Shown: positions 61,502 through 64,000 of the stretch, piece by piece
Position numbering within the stretch: position 1 is the stretch's first letter
Layout of the letters: each line of letters starts with the position of its first letter
Origin: an uncultured Chloroflexia bacterium
GTDB taxonomy: Bacteria; Chloroflexota; Limnocylindria; Limnocylindrales; CSP1-4
Assembly (NCBI GenBank): GCA_963713975.1
Contig: OY970218.1
Span: 3,328,001 to 3,392,000 of the forward strand
DNA length: 64,000 nt
Direction of reading: 5' to 3'
Notes under the pieces: model-generated
What the model saw: the letters and a program-made list of their open reading frames with translations, nothing else
Databases searched by the model: none
Told to the model about the DNA's origin: nothing
Position numbers and translations under genes: made by a program

Positions 61502-63436
61502 TCATGAGGCGGTGACCGCCGGCCGGGCGAGGAGCCGGGTCTGGTCCCGGCGCTTGTCCAGCGACCGGCGCTGCTCGTTGAGGAGTCGTCGTTCGAGCAT
61601 CAGCCGCTCGACGCCGACCGTGTCGCTCTCACGCTCGGCCTCCGCGGTGGCGTCGCGGTTGAAGCTGCTGCGCTCCTGCCACTCCACGTCGTCGAGCTCC
61701 AGCATCAGGCGCTCGATGTCGTAGGCGAGCGCACGATCGCCCAGGTCCCGCGGGTTCGGCCCGGGACGCGAGATGAGCGCCTGGCCCAGGGCCCGGCTCT
61801 CCTCGTCCAGCCCGTCGAGGATCGCGGCCAGCGAGAAGGGCGGGCGGACCCCGTGGTCGTCGCGGGTGCGGGCCACGACGATCGCGCGATACAGCTCCCG
61901 AGCGACCTGGCTCGGCATCCGGTCCGGTCCCAGGCCGTCGAGCAGGGCGTCATGCGCCTCGGGCACCAGGAGGGCCAGCCGCAGCAGCTCCTGCTCCGTG
62001 CGCGAGACCCCGCGCAGGATCTCCGTCACGGGCAGCGCGTCCGGGGCGTGGGTCACGGCGGCCGCGGTGAAGCGGTCACCGCCGGAGCGGGCGTCGTGCT
62101 CGCGGTCGCGGCGGCGGTGCATCGCCTCGAGCAGCGTCCGCTCCTCCACTCCCGACACCTGGCGCACCCGCCCCAGGTAGGCGTCGCGGAGCACCGGGTT
62201 CGGCAGGTTGCGGATGATCGGCAGCACGGCATCGACGAACCGCGCCTGGCCGCCGGGCGTGCGGAGGTCGTGGGCGCGGGCATGAACGTCGATCAGGTAG
62301 TCCACGATCGGGCGGGCCGTGCGCACCTCCTCGCGCCACCGGTCCGGCTCGTCGCGCATCACCTCGTCGGGGTCCAGGCCCTCGGGGAGGCGGACCACCC
62401 GGACGTCGTCCAGCTCCACCCCGGATTCGTCACCCGCCAGCTGCCGGATCACCTCTTCCAGGGCGGTCGCGCCGAACGTGCCCGCCTTCTGGCCCGCGGC
62501 GTCGACGTCATAGGCGAGGGCGATCCGCTTCGCATAGCGCGTGATCAGCGCCACCTGCTGCGGCGTGAGCGCCGTGCCGAGGCTGGCGACCACGTTCTCG
62601 AAGCCGGCCTGGTGGGCCATCAGGGCGTCGGTGTAGCCCTCGACGATCACCGCCTGGCCCGTCTTGCGGATCGCCGTCTTGGCCCGGTCCACGAGGTACA
62701 GCGTCCGGCTCTTGTCGAACAGCGGCGTGGCCGGCGAGTTGAGGTACTTGGGTCCCCGATCAACGCCGTCCTCGCCCTCCTTGCCCAGGATCCGCCCACC
62801 CAGGCCCACGGGGTGCCCGTTCGTGTCCCGGATCGGGAAGATCACGCGCTCCCGGAAGCGGTCGTACACGCCGCCACCGCGCTGGCGCGGGCTCGCCAGG
62901 CCCACCTCGAGCAGCTCGGCCGGGTTGACCTGGCGCTTGGCCGCGAGCTGGCGGACGAGGGTGTCCCAGCCACCCGGGGCCCAGCCCAGCTGGTGCCTCG
63001 CGATCGTGTCGTCGGTGAACCCGCGTCCGCGGAGGTAGTCGAGGGCCGGCTCGCCCGTCTTCGATCCGGTCAGCACCGCGTGGTAGAAGGCGATCGCGCC
63101 CTCCAGGACCGTGCGCAGGCGGGCGTTGTGGGCGTCCTCGCGCTTCGTGCGCTCGTCCACCTCCACGCCGGCACGGCCGGCGAGCACCTTGAGCGCCTCC
63201 GGGAACGAGAGCGACTCCCGCTCCATGACGAAGGTGAAGATGTCGCCGTGCTTGCCACAGCCGAAGCAGTGCCACGTGTCGCGGGCGGGCGTCACCACGA
63301 AGGAGGGCGTCTTCTCGCCGTGGAACGGGCACAGCCCCTTGAGGGTGGTCCCCGCCTTCTTCAGCTGGACCGTCTCACCCACCACGTCCGCGACAGGCAG
63401 GCGGCCCTTGATCTCGGCGACGACGCCGACGGCCAA
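61502..63436 (-). CDS. dnaG: DNA primase
   Basis: CPFH.EKTPSF..CFGC, KYLNSP, VEGYTD, YDVD.AG, DPDE. Confidence 0.96.
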   Translation of the reverse strand: MAVGVVAEIKGRLPVADVVGETVQLKKAGTTLKGLCPFHGEKTPSFVVTPARDTWHCFGCGKHGDIFTFVMERESLSFPEALKVLAGRAGVEVDERTKREDAHNARLRTVLEGAIAFYHAVLTGSKTGEPALDYLRGRGFTDDTIARHQLGWAPGGWDTLVRQLAAKRQVNPAELLEVGLASPRQRGGGVYDRFRERVIFPIRDTNGHPVGLGGRILGKEGEDGVDRGPKYLNSPATPLFDKSRTLYLVDRAKTAIRKTGQAVIVEGYTDALMAHQAGFENVVASLGTALTPQQVALITRYAKRIALAYDVDAAGQKAGTFGATALEEVIRQLAGDESGVELDDVRVVRLPEGLDPDEVMRDEPDRWREEVRTARPIVDYLIDVHARAHDLRTPGGQARFVDAVLPIIRNLPNPVLRDAYLGRVRQVSGVEERTLLEAMHRRRDREHDARSGGDRFTAAAVTHAPDALPVTEILRGVSRTEQELLRLALLVPEAHDALLDGLGPDRMPSQVARELYRAIVVARTRDDHGVRPPFSLAAILDGLDEESRALGQALISRPGPNPRDLGDRALAYDIERLMLELDDVEWQERSSFNRDATAEAERESDTVGVERLMLERRLLNEQRRSLDKRRDQTRLLARPAVTAS

Positions 63437-63485
63437 TCGCAGGCCCTCCCCGGCTCCCGAAGGTGCTCCCGGCGGAAATGACTAC

Positions 63486-63551
63486 GGACCTGTCAAGTCT
63501 TGACAGGTCCCGATTGGGCCCGAGGTTACCCCCGGTCAGGGGGCTTGACAA
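63486..63551 (-). promoter_or_regulatory. dnaG-rpoD promoter with downstream 25-bp perfect palindrome
   Basis: Minus strand TTGTCA-17 nt-TAACCT (63551-63523); GGACCTGTCAAG-T-CTTGACAGGTCC at 63486-63510. Confidence 0.7.
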
Positions 63552-63592
63552 GAAATCCCGTCAAGTGCCGGGGGCGGGCAGACGACCTTCCC

Positions 63593-64000
63593 TCAGCGAA
63601 TGACAACGAACCCGTCGACGTCCACGCGGGCATGCTTCGGCGTGCCAACCACCTCGACGCGGACCGCGTGGCTGCCGGCGCTGGCCCACGACCGCGTGAA
63701 CACGACGCGGCGTGTCCCGGGGGCCGTGGCGTGCAGGTTGACGGTCGTGGCGAGCCGGCCGTCCACGTAGATTCGCGCCTTGCCGCGCCCCGGCCCGACG
63801 GCGGCGACCCAGGCCACCCGACGGCCGGTGAACCGGAACGTGGCGCGTGCGCCGGCCGCGGTCGACCAGTGGGTGGAGCGGCCGACATACCGGCTGCTCC
63901 TCGAGATGTGCCAGCTGCCGCGGTACGTCACGGCGGAGGCGCCGTCGGCGTACGCCTTGACGCGGAATGTCCGGCCGTAGGCCCACGCCGACCGATGCCC
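63593..64000 (-). CDS. C-terminal part of a secreted Fn3/beta-sandwich protein (partial)
   Basis: Frame open to the window edge; SAWAYG...TYRGSW...FTGRRVAW..GKARIYVDG...VDVDGFVVIR. Confidence 0.75.
   Translation of the reverse strand, partial: GHRSAWAYGRTFRVKAYADGASAVTYRGSWHISRSSRYVGRSTHWSTAAGARATFRFTGRRVAWVAAVGPGRGKARIYVDGRLATTVNLHATAPGTRRVVFTRSWASAGSHAVRVEVVGTPKHARVDVDGFVVIR

Overview
High-GC bacterial chromosomal window. Gene content and style suggest Chloroflexota, possibly Limnocylindria-like; this taxonomy is inference only. From left to right: the dcw cell-wall/division cluster on the minus strand (mraZ-rsmH-small ORF-ftsL-ftsI-murF-mraY-murD-ftsW-murG-murB-ddl-ftsQ-sbp-ftsA, lacking murC and murE); an intact IS21 element (14439-17170, 5-bp TSD) just upstream of the mraZ promoter; a LysM protein; a 6S-like RNA hairpin; RNase P RNA; RNase HI; TCA and propionyl-CoA genes (sdhCDAB, icd, sucCD, mce, mutase, pcc subunits); parAB; a HAD-PlsC-UbiA lipid operon; an envelope-stress operon (DUF4097/PspC/GIDE/LemA); msrA; small accessory genes; tRNA-Asn; an M11/Fn3 protease; and dnaG-rpoD. 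The most unusual item is an unannotated-type 2360-bp transposon (41951-44310) with 48-bp perfect TIRs and an 8-bp TSD. It carries a divergent Zn-ribbon/Mutator-like DDE transposase plus one passenger gene, and sits in the exact centre of an 18-bp palindrome. Other leads are a Pol-beta-type nucleotidyltransferase facing a DEDDh exonuclease, a leaderless Cys-containing uORF before an anion permease, a back-to-back TTGACA palindrome in the dnaG-rpoD leader, and widespread leaderless -10-only genes. All family assignments come from motif reading by eye; no searches were run.
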